A DNA stretch of 64,000 nt from Basidiobolus meristosporus CBS 931.73 (GCA_002104905.1 MCFE01000193.1:72595-136594), one strand, 5' to 3'; counted from the stretch's first letter, positions 25,266 through 37,823 are shown. Numbers and translations: made by a program. The notes: generated by a model not told the origin, from the letters alone.

Positions 25266-26202
25266 CTACAGGGTGACACCCCAGTAGAGCCCCACCACCA
25301 CTCCGAGCGTCAATAACCAACGTGCACCCTGGGCGTTCACGTGGCCAGCGGAGCGAAGGATCGCACACCGGGGATCCAGCGTGGTGGAGTCCACGGTCGA
25401 CGCGGTGAAAGTCACCTTGGCATCGGAGCAGTACCCCTGACACTGATGGAACCGAGCGCTGGTGCATTTGGACTCCGCCCTGTACAGGGTGTCATTGAGG
25501 GAGCCTCGGTCCTCCTTACCCCTGATCTCCACCCACATGGAAAGTCGGAGACCGGAGCAGTCGAGGGAGAGGGAGTAGTTGTCGGGGATGTCTGCCCTCG
25601 GGTCCAACACCTGCTCCCTAAGCGCTCGGGTCATGCCGTTGTAGAGGGAAACGATGTCTTCGGTACCCTGCCAGTTCGTATGGCTACCCCCGAAGGAGCA
25701 GTAGTTCGACCTGGTAGATTGGAGGGGACCCGTCACACCGGGCGTTGGGGAGAGACCGGGATCCGATGCACCGATTGGATAGGTGGTGGTGGTGGTGGCA
25801 GGGGCCAAGGCGCTTGACGACTGCATGCTATACCAGCTGCAATATTTCGTGATCTGGGCAGGTGCGTAGGATTTGTCAGAGTCGGGACATCTGGCGACAC
25901 ACTGGTTCATCTCGGATTGGAACTTGGTGAAGGAGGGATTCGACGGATCGCACAATATGGGACCGAGCTTTTCCGGGGGGAATTCGGGGCCGGATCGGTA
26001 TGGATGGGCCTGTCGTAGTAGTCGCTCGGCGATATCCTAGCAATCCGGGTCAGTACTCTGCTCAAGCATACCCCCGCCAATCTCTTACCTCAGCGCAATC
26101 CTCCACGCACTCTCCTAGGTCGTCGTCGAAGGGGAAGCCCATTCCCTGCGCAGTCAGGGTCGAAAGAGTCAACAAACTCGCCAGTATGACGGGGTAACGC
26201 AT
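25266..26202 (-). CDS. Secreted, Cys-rich, probably GPI-anchored protein (~294 aa, 2 exons)
   Basis: Exon 1 (26202-26089) encodes signal peptide MRYPVILASLLTLSTLTAQG. The 52-nt GT-AG intron joins it in frame to the 25266-25955 ORF. Thr-rich linker and hydrophobic C-terminal tail. Confidence 0.7.
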
Positions 26203-26692
26203 TGCTTGGTGGTGTGGTTATTTGCGTCCAACCTAAGATCCATCCAGATATATACTCCAAGTCTGTAGATTGCATCCGGAATCGGTTAGATTTAGGAGCC
26301 ATGGTCGGCACACCCATCCACCCAAACGCCCAGCCAATACTCCCGAATTCGGGGTTGGTTCTGCTTCATTCGATCGGTGATATGGAGTTTATTGATGTGG
26401 GTAGAATCATTTGGAAATCGAGGTCTCACCCCAAATCTTTGTGATTCGTCCCAAGCTGGCATTGTGGTTCACTCCAGTGATGGTCAGTGTGATCTACCCT
26501 CCACGTGAATCACCGCGCACCAACTACACCAAGTCTCCCCAGCGAGCACTCGAGTTGAACACCAGGGGGTGGTCATGTGATGGAGGAAAAGGTTTATTCC
26601 GCCGGAAGAAGGATGCGGGGGGAAGGGGGAAGGGGGGATGAAAATTATGTTACAAACGAGGGAGAAGTGGACCCGAAGGGTGTGTGCAGGAC

Positions 26693-28091
26693 CTATTTCT
26701 TTCGCTGGTTCAGAGATCGAGACTGGGCTTGGGACTGGGACTGGGACTGGGACTGAGATTGGGATAGGGAAGGTAGCGGAGGCGAGGTCCTCAGTTTGTT
26801 GATGATTGCTGGGACTTTGTCTTCCTTGAAGTCGCTCCAGAATTCGTAGAGGGTGATCAACTCCTGGGTGATCTCCACGATCTAGGACGTATGAACGAAT
26901 GATTAGGTTTTCCAGGAAACACGCCAAGCTGTTGACGAACTTACCTGCTCGATTTCCACCTGTAGGTCCGCAAACCATTGTCGCATATCCCTCTTCTCCA
27001 CATGCTCGGGGTACAGGGAGCACATTAAGTAGATGGCGGCCAGGGCGATCATGTGCGGCGGGTACAACAAGCACAGATTAGTGCGATAGCTGTCGTTGAC
27101 GATAAACCTTGGAAACAAAACCCCAGTCGATTAGAAAGGACGTTGAGGTTCGGATCAGAGTGGCAGTAGAAATGCTTACCACGCGGTCTGCAGACAGGAC
27201 CTTCCCAGCTTCAAGTCAGCCATATATCTAGGGTAAGATGGAGATGAACGAATCAGCGACGATCCCAGATATACACACGTTTGCCCCGAGGTCACTTACA
27301 TGGAGAGTGACCGGTATGGGTGGAAGATGATCAGATGGAACTGGAGATCTTCCAGCAGGTAAAACTCGCACTCGGCCAGAACATGATGATCGTAAGGAAA
27401 AGGGATGGCCTCCCTGGGCTCTAGAGTATCGGGCCAAGAGTTACCATCTGAGGGGGAGAGCTCAGGTTACCTCGCGGCAATAGCAAACACTTACCCAGCA
27501 GCATGTTCTTGGTCTCGTGGACAATGGTCCGAATGTGATGGGGAGATTCCTCAATCTTACACGCCAGATACATACACGTCGATGCCACCAGGTACGGATC
27601 GATCACACGAAAACTATTTCTAAACAAAGTGTAACACCCAAGTAAGCAACCGAGGGCCAATACCAAAGCGACCTTGTTCGAGTGATAAAGTCCCCTTACT
27701 TGGCGTAGAACCGTTTGAAATACACCAAGGCGGTGGCGGTGACCTGTTGACGTAATTGCAGCCTTTTACCTAGCTTGTGCATCACTGTCGAAGTCGCATT
27801 AGACTCTATAGAGAAAGGGCTGGGCCAGCGCCAAACCTCGTCCACGCACGGGCCCCGCCTAACCAAGTGGAAACGAAGACTCACGGTTCGCGAAATAGAT
27901 CTCTATCCGGAAAATATCCGCCGCCTCGGCGTACTGCAGGTCCTCCAGCTTGTTTTTCTGCAGGGAAGTGCGATCTAACTTCCAGTATTTACTAGGAACG
28001 CGTCGAGAAGATACGATTAGAGCCTGGTTCGCAACAAAGCATGAGTTGAAGAGGAATACAATTGTGAGGAATCCCAGTAGTTCGCCGCCAT
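26693..28091 (-). CDS. SSN8: Cyclin C (Mediator kinase module), multi-exon
   Basis: N-terminus MAANYWDSSQ. Exons encode LGKRLQLRQQVTATALVYFKRFY, DPYLVASTCMYLACKIEE, FIVNDSYRTNLCLLYPPHMIALAAIY. Ends in an SQ repeat. Confidence 0.93.
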
Positions 28092-28477
28092 CGTTGTCTG
28101 GCTTGTAGTTGAGCGTGGAAAGGGTTAGGGGCGTTAAGTTGGTTGATGTGGGACAATCCCCAAGAACAATGTGATTCGCATGGAGCTTGCTCACTGGAAC
28201 GGAATTGATCGCAGTTAGGGTTGGGTTGCTAAGCAAAATGATTAAATTCCGGCCAGATTTGATGATTATTCGGTGCAGATGAGAGTAGATCTACGAGCCA
28301 GCAAAAACTGGCAAAAACTGGCAAAAACGGGCGACAACGCGCAAAAACCAGGGGTCATCACCAAAAAAGGCGAAGTAAAAAAAAGAAAAATACCCTGGAC
28401 TGGGATGGAAGTGGATCTAACAAAAGGGGTGGGCGAGGACTGGTGGATCCTTCTCCTTTGCAACCATCGAGATTAAG

Positions 28478-28862
28478 ATGTCTGCCGAACAAGCTATTGT
28501 CTACGCTGCCCTCATCCTCCAAGACGACGGTGTTGAGATCACCGTAAGTTCTTGATTCACCACCATGCTGCATCGGTGTTCCCCGTTTACTGACTGTCTC
28601 CCTTTAGGCTGATAAACTCACCGCCCTCACCAAGGCTGCCAACGTCGAAGTCGAGCCCGTCTGGGCCTCTCTCTTCGCCAAGGCTTTGGCCGGCAAGAAC
28701 CTCGGTGACTTGTTGATGAACGTTGGTTCCGCTGGTGCCGCTCCCGCCGCTGCTGGTGGTGCTGCTGCCGCCGGTGCTGCTGAAGATGCTCCTGCTGCTG
28801 AGGAGAAGGAAGAAGCCAAGGAAGAGTCTGATGACGATATGGGCTTCGGTCTCTTCGATTAA
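28478..28862 (+). CDS. RPP1: 60S acidic ribosomal protein P1 (2 exons: 28478-28543 and 28608-28862)
   Basis: [14 protein letters not shown]|[24 protein letters not shown], Ala-rich hinge, C-terminal [13 protein letters not shown]. Confidence 0.96.
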
Positions 28863-29226
28863 GCAGATGGTTGTATTCATCCCGATCTCTTAACCAACAA
28901 ACCAACAATAAATATTGCCTTTGTGCTATTCACGCGTCTCGCAATCGCCCTTTGTTGCTCATTTTCCTCGTTCCTCAATGGATGGGTGGAGTCGGAAAAG
29001 ATTCAGGCTGCAACACCAATGCCAACTCCATTACACCTCGCTAGACCAATCCTTCATCGAGATCGAAGTCCAGAGTAGATCCCGATCTTTTCGGGAAATA
29101 CGGAAATCGGCTGATCTCGGTTAGTTGAAAGCTAAAATCCCCCCTTTTTAAGTGTCAGCTGGTTACTCTCTAATACCGGTGGACAGCCGACACGTTGAAC
29201 AGACCGCCTCCCACTAGACAACGAAC

Positions 29227-29999
29227 ATGTTAGAGAACTGGTCGTACACGGACATCTTTTTCCTACTGGCTCTTCCTGTTCTGCTTCATTTCACCTTGAC
29301 GAAGCTGTGGTTTTCCAAATACGCAAAGTCCGGCAAGAAGGTAAGATTCAGTGGGAAAGACCAGGTAGTTGAGCACGAGGCCGGGGAAGAGAAGGAGGGC
29401 GAGACCGCCGAGGAGAACAAGAGCTCGGATGGGAATGAGGCTACCAAGTAAGTGTCCCCCCCCGGAACCTCCCTGTGAACCTTCTTCCCTGACAATTCCA
29501 ACCGAAAGTGAGAAGAAAAAGCGAGAGTTTCCTCCGTTGAGGCCACCCGAGGATTACCCGTTCACCGCGAAGGAGCTGGCCAAATTTGACGGCTCCGATC
29601 CGGAACTCCCGGTCTATGTAGCCATCAAAGGAGTGGTGTTCGATGTCACTTGGAACAGAACCGCCTACGCACCGGGAAGCGGTTACCATGTGTTTGCCGG
29701 CAAAGATGCCTCCAAAGTAACCCGCTTCTCCCATTTCCACTGCGGACAAAACGACTCATCCGTATTTCCTAGGCACTTGGAATGAGCTCACTAAAAGCCG
29801 AAGATTGCACTGCAGACTACAGCAGCCTGAATGACAAGCAGGTAAACAACCACCTTTCCTTTTCCTTTTCTTTGGGTTGAAACCCTCGCTGACCAACCCC
29901 TACTCTAACCTAACTGGTAAACAGAGAGAAACCCTAGATGGCTGGTACAAATTTTTCATGAAGCGGTACAGTATTGTTGGTCGGGTTACTCAAAACTAG
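29227..29999 (+). CDS. Membrane-anchored cytochrome b5-like heme/steroid-binding protein (Dap1/MAPR family), ~4 exons
   Basis: N-terminal TM helix, then FTAKELAKFDGSD...VYVAIKGVVFDVT...YAPGSGYHVFAGKDAS. Last exon LDGWYKFFMKRYSIVGRV. Confidence 0.88.
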
Positions 30000-31551
30000 A
30001 GAAATTTCGAATCACGCACTTGTGAAGCGACAATAAAGCACCCTCCTGAATAAAGTGGACTCTTTAAAATGACGCAGCGGTTGCATGCCGGACAATGGTC
30101 ACTTCTTTAACAGAGCGGAGGCATGTTTCGGCCAAACCATAGTCATGCTGCCATATAGTTTGTTGGATACTGACCATAGATCAGATTGCTGCTGCTATAG
30201 TACGCCCACTACGCAACTAGTTGTCAATATTTAGCAATTTGTTTAAAATAGCAAACCAATTCGGCATGTACACATCCAATAAAAAACGGATATTTTGGAT
30301 GGAATTTTTAGGGTGTGAATTGTCATCAGGGCTAGGGTTTAGGCGGGATTTTCTTGGTCATATCACTGTGACATTGCCTTACCAGGGATGATTTTTTTGG
30401 TGAGTGACAGTTACGGTGAAATCCAGGGAACCAATGCTATTGGCCACCTCCCTGTTGAAGAATTGTTAATCCTTCTGATTTAGGTTGGCGATCCCACTAA
30501 TTCACCCATCTATGCTTGGATATTAATGGTGCCAGGTTCGCGGATATTGACATAGGTATGCGCAATACTGGCAAATTCATCTAGAGTTTAAAGAGGGACT
30601 TTTACTACAAATATCCCTGGAGCAGTCTTAAAGGCCAGTAATGTAGATAATTTAATGGAAATCAGATCAATTAGCGGATTCCTTGACAATCTATTCCAAA
30701 AGCGGGCTCAACCAATCAACAAAAGTCCAGCACTCGATTTTGTACAAGGGTGGTCAAGACCCTACGCATAGAATCAACAACATTGTGGTGGATATTGGTT
30801 GCCATCAATCATGCAACTGGCTGGCCAATTGTACGAGCAGCAATGAATCCAGAGTACCAAGAGATACGGCAAAATCACTCTTATGGGGCATCAGAAATAA
30901 AGATGACATGCGTAAACGTACCGAACGAGAATTGGAGAAATTAAGACACCACCGCCAAGTAGCGGAAGAAGCTCAGAAGCAGGTAGCAATGAAAATGCAA
31001 CTACACTGAAACCAAGCAGTAAAAGAACGGAAGGATGAGCTGAAGAAAGGAGACCAGGCATGAATCCGGAATCAAGCGCGAATGAAATTTATGTCAGTTT
31101 GACTGGGTCCCTTCAAGATTACTCGAAAGATGCAGCTTGGAACATGTCAGCTAAAGGAACAGAATGGTCAAAATTTATAGGAATTATATCACGGCAATTG
31201 CCTTACAAAGGCATCATACGACATACCAAGCCGAAGAAGAGCGAATCCAGGAGAATCCTCAAACTTAAGAAGGGAAGAATGTCAAAGACAATACGAATCA
31301 AAGGCAACAAGTGAAATATGCACTGATTATATGAAGGCTGATCCGAAACAACACTATATAAGCATCTAGATAAGGGTCCAGTATTACACAGATATAACAC
31401 TACCACAGCTCTGGAGCAGAACAGAGTCGTATCACTTTAGTAAAATAAAGTGTGTCTATTAAACATGTCGAAATTATAAATGGACGCTGGAACATTCAAG
31501 ACAGGCTTCTTTTGGATACTTGATGGATCAGATTCCATAATTTTCCAGATT

Positions 31552-31623
31552 GGCTCAATGGTCTAGTAGTATGATTCCTCGTTCGGGTCGAGGAGGTCCC
31601 GGGTTCAATTCCCGGTTGAGCCC
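31552..31623 (+). tRNA. tRNA-Pro(CGG), intronless
   Basis: Acceptor GGCTCAA/TTGAGCC, anticodon stem CCTCG/CGAGG with loop TTCGGGT, T-arm CCGGG-TTCAATT-CCCGG, T4 terminator downstream. The D-loop reads AG at the usual GG. Confidence 0.9.
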
Positions 31624-32166
31624 GGTTCACTTTTGCCACTGTTTCATGGAAAGCATCTCCAGCCAGCGCATTGAAACGAATCCCACGGATGGTCCACTTT
31701 CTGGAACACGTGGTGGGTGGAGATTCCAGGTGCCGAGTAGTTGTTGAACAGATTCATTCTGGAGGAGAGTTTCCGCAGTGTCGAGTGCCTTCGCTTCCCT
31801 CTACCATGGTAGGGATCCTTCGGGGAATGGTTGGACTCCCATATGTACCTGGATGTCCGTACTTCGACGGGCTCCCGTTTCGAGAAAAAGATCCTCCCCC
31901 GTAGCTCCGCAATTTCATCTAAGGCTGGATGACTGGCACCTTCTCAGAAGCCAATCTCTCATTCAATATATGTATAAACACGCTCTAGGCAGTCATTCCG
32001 TTGACTACAGATTACAGATTGAAGAATAGAGGTGAAGCCACATACTTGGTGGGTTTAAGACTTTCATCTTCGGCAATAACTCGGTAGTTTTACCAAACGG
32101 CACATTGGTGATCAGGAGACTGACTACGCCGATGGTTTTTTTTGTGGGTGGGGGTTGTCGTATGTG

Positions 32167-32313
32167 AGATTTGCCCTTACCACTCGTGTCTACCCAACAC
32201 TTCATAGCTCAACCCAAGTCACTCTGAACCTGGCTAAGGGCCAGAGCGTCTTGGTTGAGGAGATGACTCTATGGCCTATAACTGATCGTGCTTTTCTAAA
32301 CCGCGACAAATAA
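32167..32313 (+). pseudogene. 3' fragment of the GH32 gene
   Basis: Near-identical to the last ~45 codons of 43798-45613 (FALTTRVYPTLHSS...LNRDK*). Confidence 0.9.
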
Positions 32314-32733
32314 ACCAGAATATCTTTTGACTTGGTCATTCCCCGCCACAATGCAATGCCTCAGATTAAGCAATCAATTTTAGTTTACACAGGCTGTAGC
32401 GCATTTTGTGTGATTTGCTGGAGGGAATGCATAATTGCGACTGACCAAAAATAGATCGTGTCCCTAATTTAGGTGCAATAGTGGACGCAACGGCACAAAT
32501 AAGGCTGGATCAGTGTCGGCAACCAGTTCCAACCTTGAACACTTGGGTCAAATCAACGAGTGACAACACAAGCATGAGATCGGACGCGCCAGGAAGAACC
32601 TTCGATGAATTAGCGCATCACCATATGGAGGTAGATTGTACTGAACCTTCGATATTATTAATGGTTCACCGGCTCTATAAAAGATTCCTTGCTGCACCCA
32701 CCTAGTATCATTACCACTACCACTACCATTACC

Positions 32734-33414
32734 ATGAATTCTGAATTACGCGCCAAAGCCTTCCTTTTCGACCTGGACGGCACGCTAGTCAATACAATCG
32801 CCGCTGCAGAGAGGCAGTACACCATCTGGGCCACTAAACTCGGGATCGACCCCAAGCCGGTGGTTGAATACTGCCACGGGGTCAGAGCAATCGAGGTGAT
32901 GCAAAAGTTCGCACCCAAGGGGGCGAAGATCACCATTGACGATGCCAACGAGTGGGAAACTGGGTTCAGCAATGATTCGGAAGGGGTCTTCGTACTCCCG
33001 GGCATACCAGAGCTCCTGAAGAAGCTTCCCAAACACCGCTGGGCTATTGTTACTTCGGGCGTCCGTGCCATGGCTGAAGCAAGACTACGGCAAATGGATC
33101 TTCCTGTTCCTGACGTATTCATCACAGCAGACACCGTAACCCATGGAAAACCTCACCCCGAAGGATACTTGGCTGCCGCATCCAAGCTTGGTTTCAGGCC
33201 CGACGAATGCATCATCTTCGAGGATGCACCGGCCGGAATCGAGGCAGGAGTTAGCGCCGGGATTCGCACTATCGGTATCACCACTAGCTACAAGCCAGAA
33301 ACCCTCCACAAAGCGAATGTTCTCATCGATGATTATCATGACATTCTGGTGGAAAAGTCGGCCAACGAGGAGGAGTTTGAAATCAAGGTGCTAAGAAACA
33401 GAAGATCGGATTAA
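32734..33414 (+). CDS. HAD-superfamily sugar/polyol phosphatase (GPP1/DOG1/YfbT-like), intronless, ~226 aa
   Basis: Motif I FDLDGT, II IVTSG, III GKPHPEGY, IV FEDAPAGI. Likely start is the ATG at 32734. Confidence 0.9.
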   Translation: MNSELRAKAFLFDLDGTLVNTIAAAERQYTIWATKLGIDPKPVVEYCHGVRAIEVMQKFAPKGAKITIDDANEWETGFSNDSEGVFVLPGIPELLKKLPKHRWAIVTSGVRAMAEARLRQMDLPVPDVFITADTVTHGKPHPEGYLAAASKLGFRPDECIIFEDAPAGIEAGVSAGIRTIGITTSYKPETLHKANVLIDDYHDILVEKSANEEEFEIKVLRNRRSD

Positions 33415-34573
33415 ATCGCAAACCGCAAACCACAAACCACAAATCACTAATGGTACATCGTGCATCGCAAATCCCCAAGTAAATAGAGTCATATGGCGGC
33501 TTCCTACTGGCCGGAATCAATTTTGTGGCCAGATCAAGATTCATTGATCCATGATGAAAACCAAATTAAAGGACAAGGCATTGCTTGTGCTGATTAGTAT
33601 TTATCATCGGAATATTGTGCCTAGCCACTCTGGCGGACTCCAGGGTAAGCGATTTCACTGACTGAAACTAGGCACGCGGTAATCGATATTGATGGGTGTA
33701 AAGGCTTGCAAATGGCTCTCTCTTCCACGGAGTATCTATCTTGCGACTCCGAAGCAAAGAGCCTCGAAAACATGGTAGGAGGACGCGAGGCTGCTGCCCA
33801 CAATCCGGCAAGAAACGCTCGGTAATTTTATCAAAAGAGTAGAGTTACCACAAGGAATCTAAGGGATCAGGATGCAAACACGGGTGTGCTGAAGAGCGAT
33901 GAAATGGGTTGTTCACTTGGAATAGAAAGTGCAACAAGTACAAGCGAAATCGTAAAAATCGTGAAGAATTAGTGCAAGCAGTTGCAACCAAAATTCGGAC
34001 GGACATGGGGGGTTGTTGTTGATACTACGTCACTTGTTCCTCGCCCCAAGTTACAACGAATAGAACCCCTTGCTGAGAGTCCTTATTTGAGCTACATATA
34101 TATACATAAGCATCACGTGCGCAATATGGTTGGTAAGCCAGCTGATATGACTGTGTGGCATATGTGTGGAGGTGATGTGATGTGATGTGATGGCATGAAG
34201 AGTAGGAGTCGGACTGCACCTGGAGGAAAACTCCATCGTTGGCTAATCTAGTGGTACATCACTCTACTTGTCTGAGCATAGTCACCACCAGATGCGAGTC
34301 GAGTTTCCCGTATGGACAGCGGATCGCTGCCCACGTCATTCTAGCTAACTGAGTCAAATGCGAACTTTAACTGAGGTTAGATACGCAATGTTCTATAGCG
34401 GTGATGTCAAAGGGAATAGGTACTGAGCATACAAGGCTGCCTCCGTTCTTTGGCTGAAACTAAACACGCAACACTCGATTTCCGTGATGTCATAGGAAAT
34501 ATCGAACGAGTACATAAACTTGGCACAGATCTCCGGGCACTGCAGAGTATCTATCTCATAACTCGGAAACAAC

Positions 34574-34759
34574 ATGGAATACGAAGGAAAGAACCCCGGG
34601 AACGTTGAAGGAGGATTCAAAGCAGCCGCGCACAACCCCAACGTCTCAGCCGAGAAGCAACAAGAGTCGCTAGATAAGGCATCCCAGATCCACGAAGAAC
34701 GCACTGGCAAACCGCTGAAGGAGCAGACCATTGAAAAGGAATCCAAGGATTCGAAATAA
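34574..34759 (+). CDS. con-6: Con-6-like conidiation/desiccation protein, copy 1
   Basis: KNPGNVEGGFKAAAHNPNVSAEKQQES matches the Con-6 repeat consensus (KNPxNVxGGxKAxxHNPNVS). Confidence 0.88.
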   Translation: MEYEGKNPGNVEGGFKAAAHNPNVSAEKQQESLDKASQIHEERTGKPLKEQTIEKESKDSK

Positions 34760-35468
34760 AGATAAGGCACGCTGCAATATGTGCGCTGATTAGGGAAGAA
34801 ATACAAAGGGATTCATTCGGATTCTGGAGATCTAGGCGTCCATCGTTTTGCTTGGTTCCTCGATGATGTAATAAATACAAAAGTACGCACCTTTTTATTA
34901 GCACTTTCAAACCTTCTGGTATCATAGCTCTGTGTCCAAGTGAACATCCAAGCCAAAGCCAGGCATGAGCATCATTCAAATCTAAAGTGTTATCGTGTTG
35001 GATTATGAGTATAGGCGATAATTAATGCACTTATACTGTAGAGCGCTTATATCGAACTTCAATCAGATGCATGATATCGTTGTTAAAGCATACTGCCCAC
35101 GGAGAAATAAAGAGGAAGAGAGGATGAATAACGCACCAATAGGCCACAGATATCAATCGCACTCCAGGCCAGATGCGGCATTCTTATTCATTTTTTCCGA
35201 TTATTGCACTTGTTGACCTCGATCATACATCGCGTATCGGTCAAATCCGATCAGACAAACCGTGGCGCAAATGATTTAAGATACCAAAGACTACGCTGAT
35301 CTGCACTGTGGATATCGATCGAATCAAGCCGATGGCATAATGTCGCTGAATGAATCTAGTCATGAAGCACTCATCATTCATGATGTCACCAGAACCGCAC
35401 GTCGAGTATATAAGTCTACAAAAGGTTTCCTGCTCTACAGAACATCTATCCAGCAACCCAGAAACACC

Positions 35469-35654
35469 ATGGACTACGAAGGAAAGAACCCCGGAAATGT
35501 TGAGGGAGGCTTCAAGGCTGCCGCCCACAATCCCAACGTCTCAGCCGAGAAGCAACAAGAGTCACTAGAGAAGGCATCCCAGATTCATGAAGAGCGTACC
35601 GGCAAACCGCTGAAGGAGCAAACCATTGAAAAGGAATCCAAGGATTCAAAATAA
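35469..35654 (+). CDS. con-6: Con-6-like copy 2
   Basis: 61-aa paralogue, starts MDYEGK. Confidence 0.88.
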   Translation: MDYEGKNPGNVEGGFKAAAHNPNVSAEKQQESLEKASQIHEERTGKPLKEQTIEKESKDSK

Positions 35655-36453
35655 ACCTCAGATACACTACGAAGTGTACATTGAAATCTCAGTTGCCATT
35701 TCGCTTGTGTCTTGACCAGAGAGGCTGGCTTTCGCCCACAAAAGAAATGGGAGGCTTGAACTAGTAGGGAACAATAGAATGATGAAATCACTTGTCTAGT
35801 GCTCAATCAAGCCGAAGTGCCTTCGAGTTCCCAGAACCAATGGAATACGAAAATATGAGTAGCTCTCACATATTTGGTTGTGTACTTGGAGTTTAGTGAG
35901 GTACAACTACAATGCATTCTGATGCGAATACAGCTGCTCATGGTAACCTTGGATGGTGAAGGCCCTGGTGATGCAATTACTAGGCGTTTATATCAGGGAG
36001 AATAGGTTGTTGCAGATGGTGATCCACGTAAATTAAGTATGTGAAGCCGAGTGTGAAGCACCAGCCCAGCCACAATCTTGTATAAGATTAGGGAGTCATC
36101 AATAGAGACTCCAACTGATTTGGCATGGTCATCTCGTTGATCGTTACTATGTTTGACCTTGATCATCAATTGTGTACCTGACATAATCATCTCATCAATC
36201 GTGTATTTATTAGTTCTGATCATGACGTTCCTTCGAAACAGTGGGTGATGATGCAGCTCAGTTATATCCCGCAGTCGTCGTGATCTTTACACTAAGGATC
36301 AATCGTTCAAACCGTCGTTGACAAGGATCAGACACTGAACCCATGACACTATCAAGACCAGATTCTGATGCCATAGGGAGTATTGTTCGTGTATAAAAGT
36401 CAGTCAAAGATATCATCTACCACAGATCATTTCTCTAATAGCTCAAAAACATC

Positions 36454-36639
36454 ATGGAATACGAAGGAAAGAACCCCGGAAATGTTGAAGGAGGATTCAA
36501 AGCCGCCGCCCACAATCCCAACGTCTCAGCCGAGAAGCAACAAGAGTCACTAGAGAAGGCATCCCAGATTCATGAGGAACGTACCGGCAAACCGTTGGAG
36601 GGGCAGACCATTGAAAAAGAATCCAAGGATTCAAAATAA
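36454..36639 (+). CDS. con-6: Con-6-like copy 3
   Basis: Intact 61-aa paralogue. Confidence 0.88.
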   Translation: MEYEGKNPGNVEGGFKAAAHNPNVSAEKQQESLEKASQIHEERTGKPLEGQTIEKESKDSK

Positions 36640-37637
36640 AACTCAGATACACTACGAAGTGTTCATTGAAAATTCAATTGCCATACTCATGTTAAAGCTC
36701 TAGAGGTAGGCCTTTTCCCGCAAAAGAAATGGGAGTCTTGATCGAGTGCGAACGATGCAATGCTCAAATCACCATCATAGTACCCAATCAAACCGAAGAG
36801 TTTGGGAGTGTTGAAAACAATGGAGTACTAAAATATGAGCAACCCTCACGTGGTTCATTGTGTATCTGGGGCTTGGTGAGTTACAACCATAATGCATTCT
36901 GATACGAATGCAACTGTTCATGAATACCTTGAAAAGTGAAGGTTTCGTTAGCGCAATCACTGAGCACATATCAACGAGAGTAAGGTATCACCGATGAGTA
37001 TGCAGGAAAATTCATGTAAGCAAAGCCAAGTATGAAGTACATCCTCCTCCAAAGCTTATCCATTAATGACTACTCTAGCTGAATTTGTTCGTCCATTATG
37101 TTTACATTCTAGAGGGTGAAGGCTTGCGGTGGTGCAATCACTTGGCACATATGCTAATGGCTGTAGGATATCGCCGATGGGAGCCCATGAAGATTTAGGT
37201 AAGTCAATTATGAAATACAACCCACTGCAATGCTTGGTCATCAATGGTGACTCCAGCTGGATTTGTTCGCCCATTGCTTCCAAGTTCAATAAGGTTACAG
37301 CATTCCCTCGATCTGAGATTGTGGTAGTTTACACCTTAAATGATGTTGTGATGCGAGTGAAGTGTCATCCATTGAGACCCTTTGTGGGTATAATCTTTTC
37401 ATCGATCGTGTACTTGTTGATTCCGATCGTCGTGCTCCTTCGATCTGAGGGGCGCTGACATGACCTTGTTGATGTCCGCAGTCATCGCGATCATCACGAT
37501 CTGTACCCTGGGAATCGATCAGTGCAAACGTCTGACGAAGACTAGACATTGATGCCATAGGGGGTAAGGTTCATGTATATAAGCTTGTCGAAAGTACCTT
37601 CTTCCACACATCATTTCTCCAATAACTCAAAAGCATC

Positions 37638-37823
37638 ATGGAATACGAAGGAAAGAACCCCGGAAATGTCGAAGGAGGACTCAAGGCTGCCGCTCACAAT
37701 CCCAACGTCTCAGCCGAGAAGCAGCAGGAGTCACTAGAAAAGGCATCTCAGATCCATGAAGAGCGTACCGGCGAGCCGTTGAAGGATCAAACTATTCAAA
37801 AGGAATCCAAGGATTCAAAATAA
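37638..37823 (+). CDS. con-6: Con-6-like copy 4
   Basis: Intact 61-aa paralogue. Confidence 0.88.
   Translation: MEYEGKNPGNVEGGLKAAAHNPNVSAEKQQESLEKASQIHEERTGEPLKDQTIQKESKDSK

Noticed and set aside
26722-26770. (GGGACT)n G-rich repeat as an interstitial telomere variant
   Set aside because: It encodes the Ser-Gln repeat at the cyclin C C-terminus.
30683-31314. ORFs of 108 and 84 aa
   Set aside because: No recognisable motif. Possibly a decayed element or gene, but I cannot support a call.
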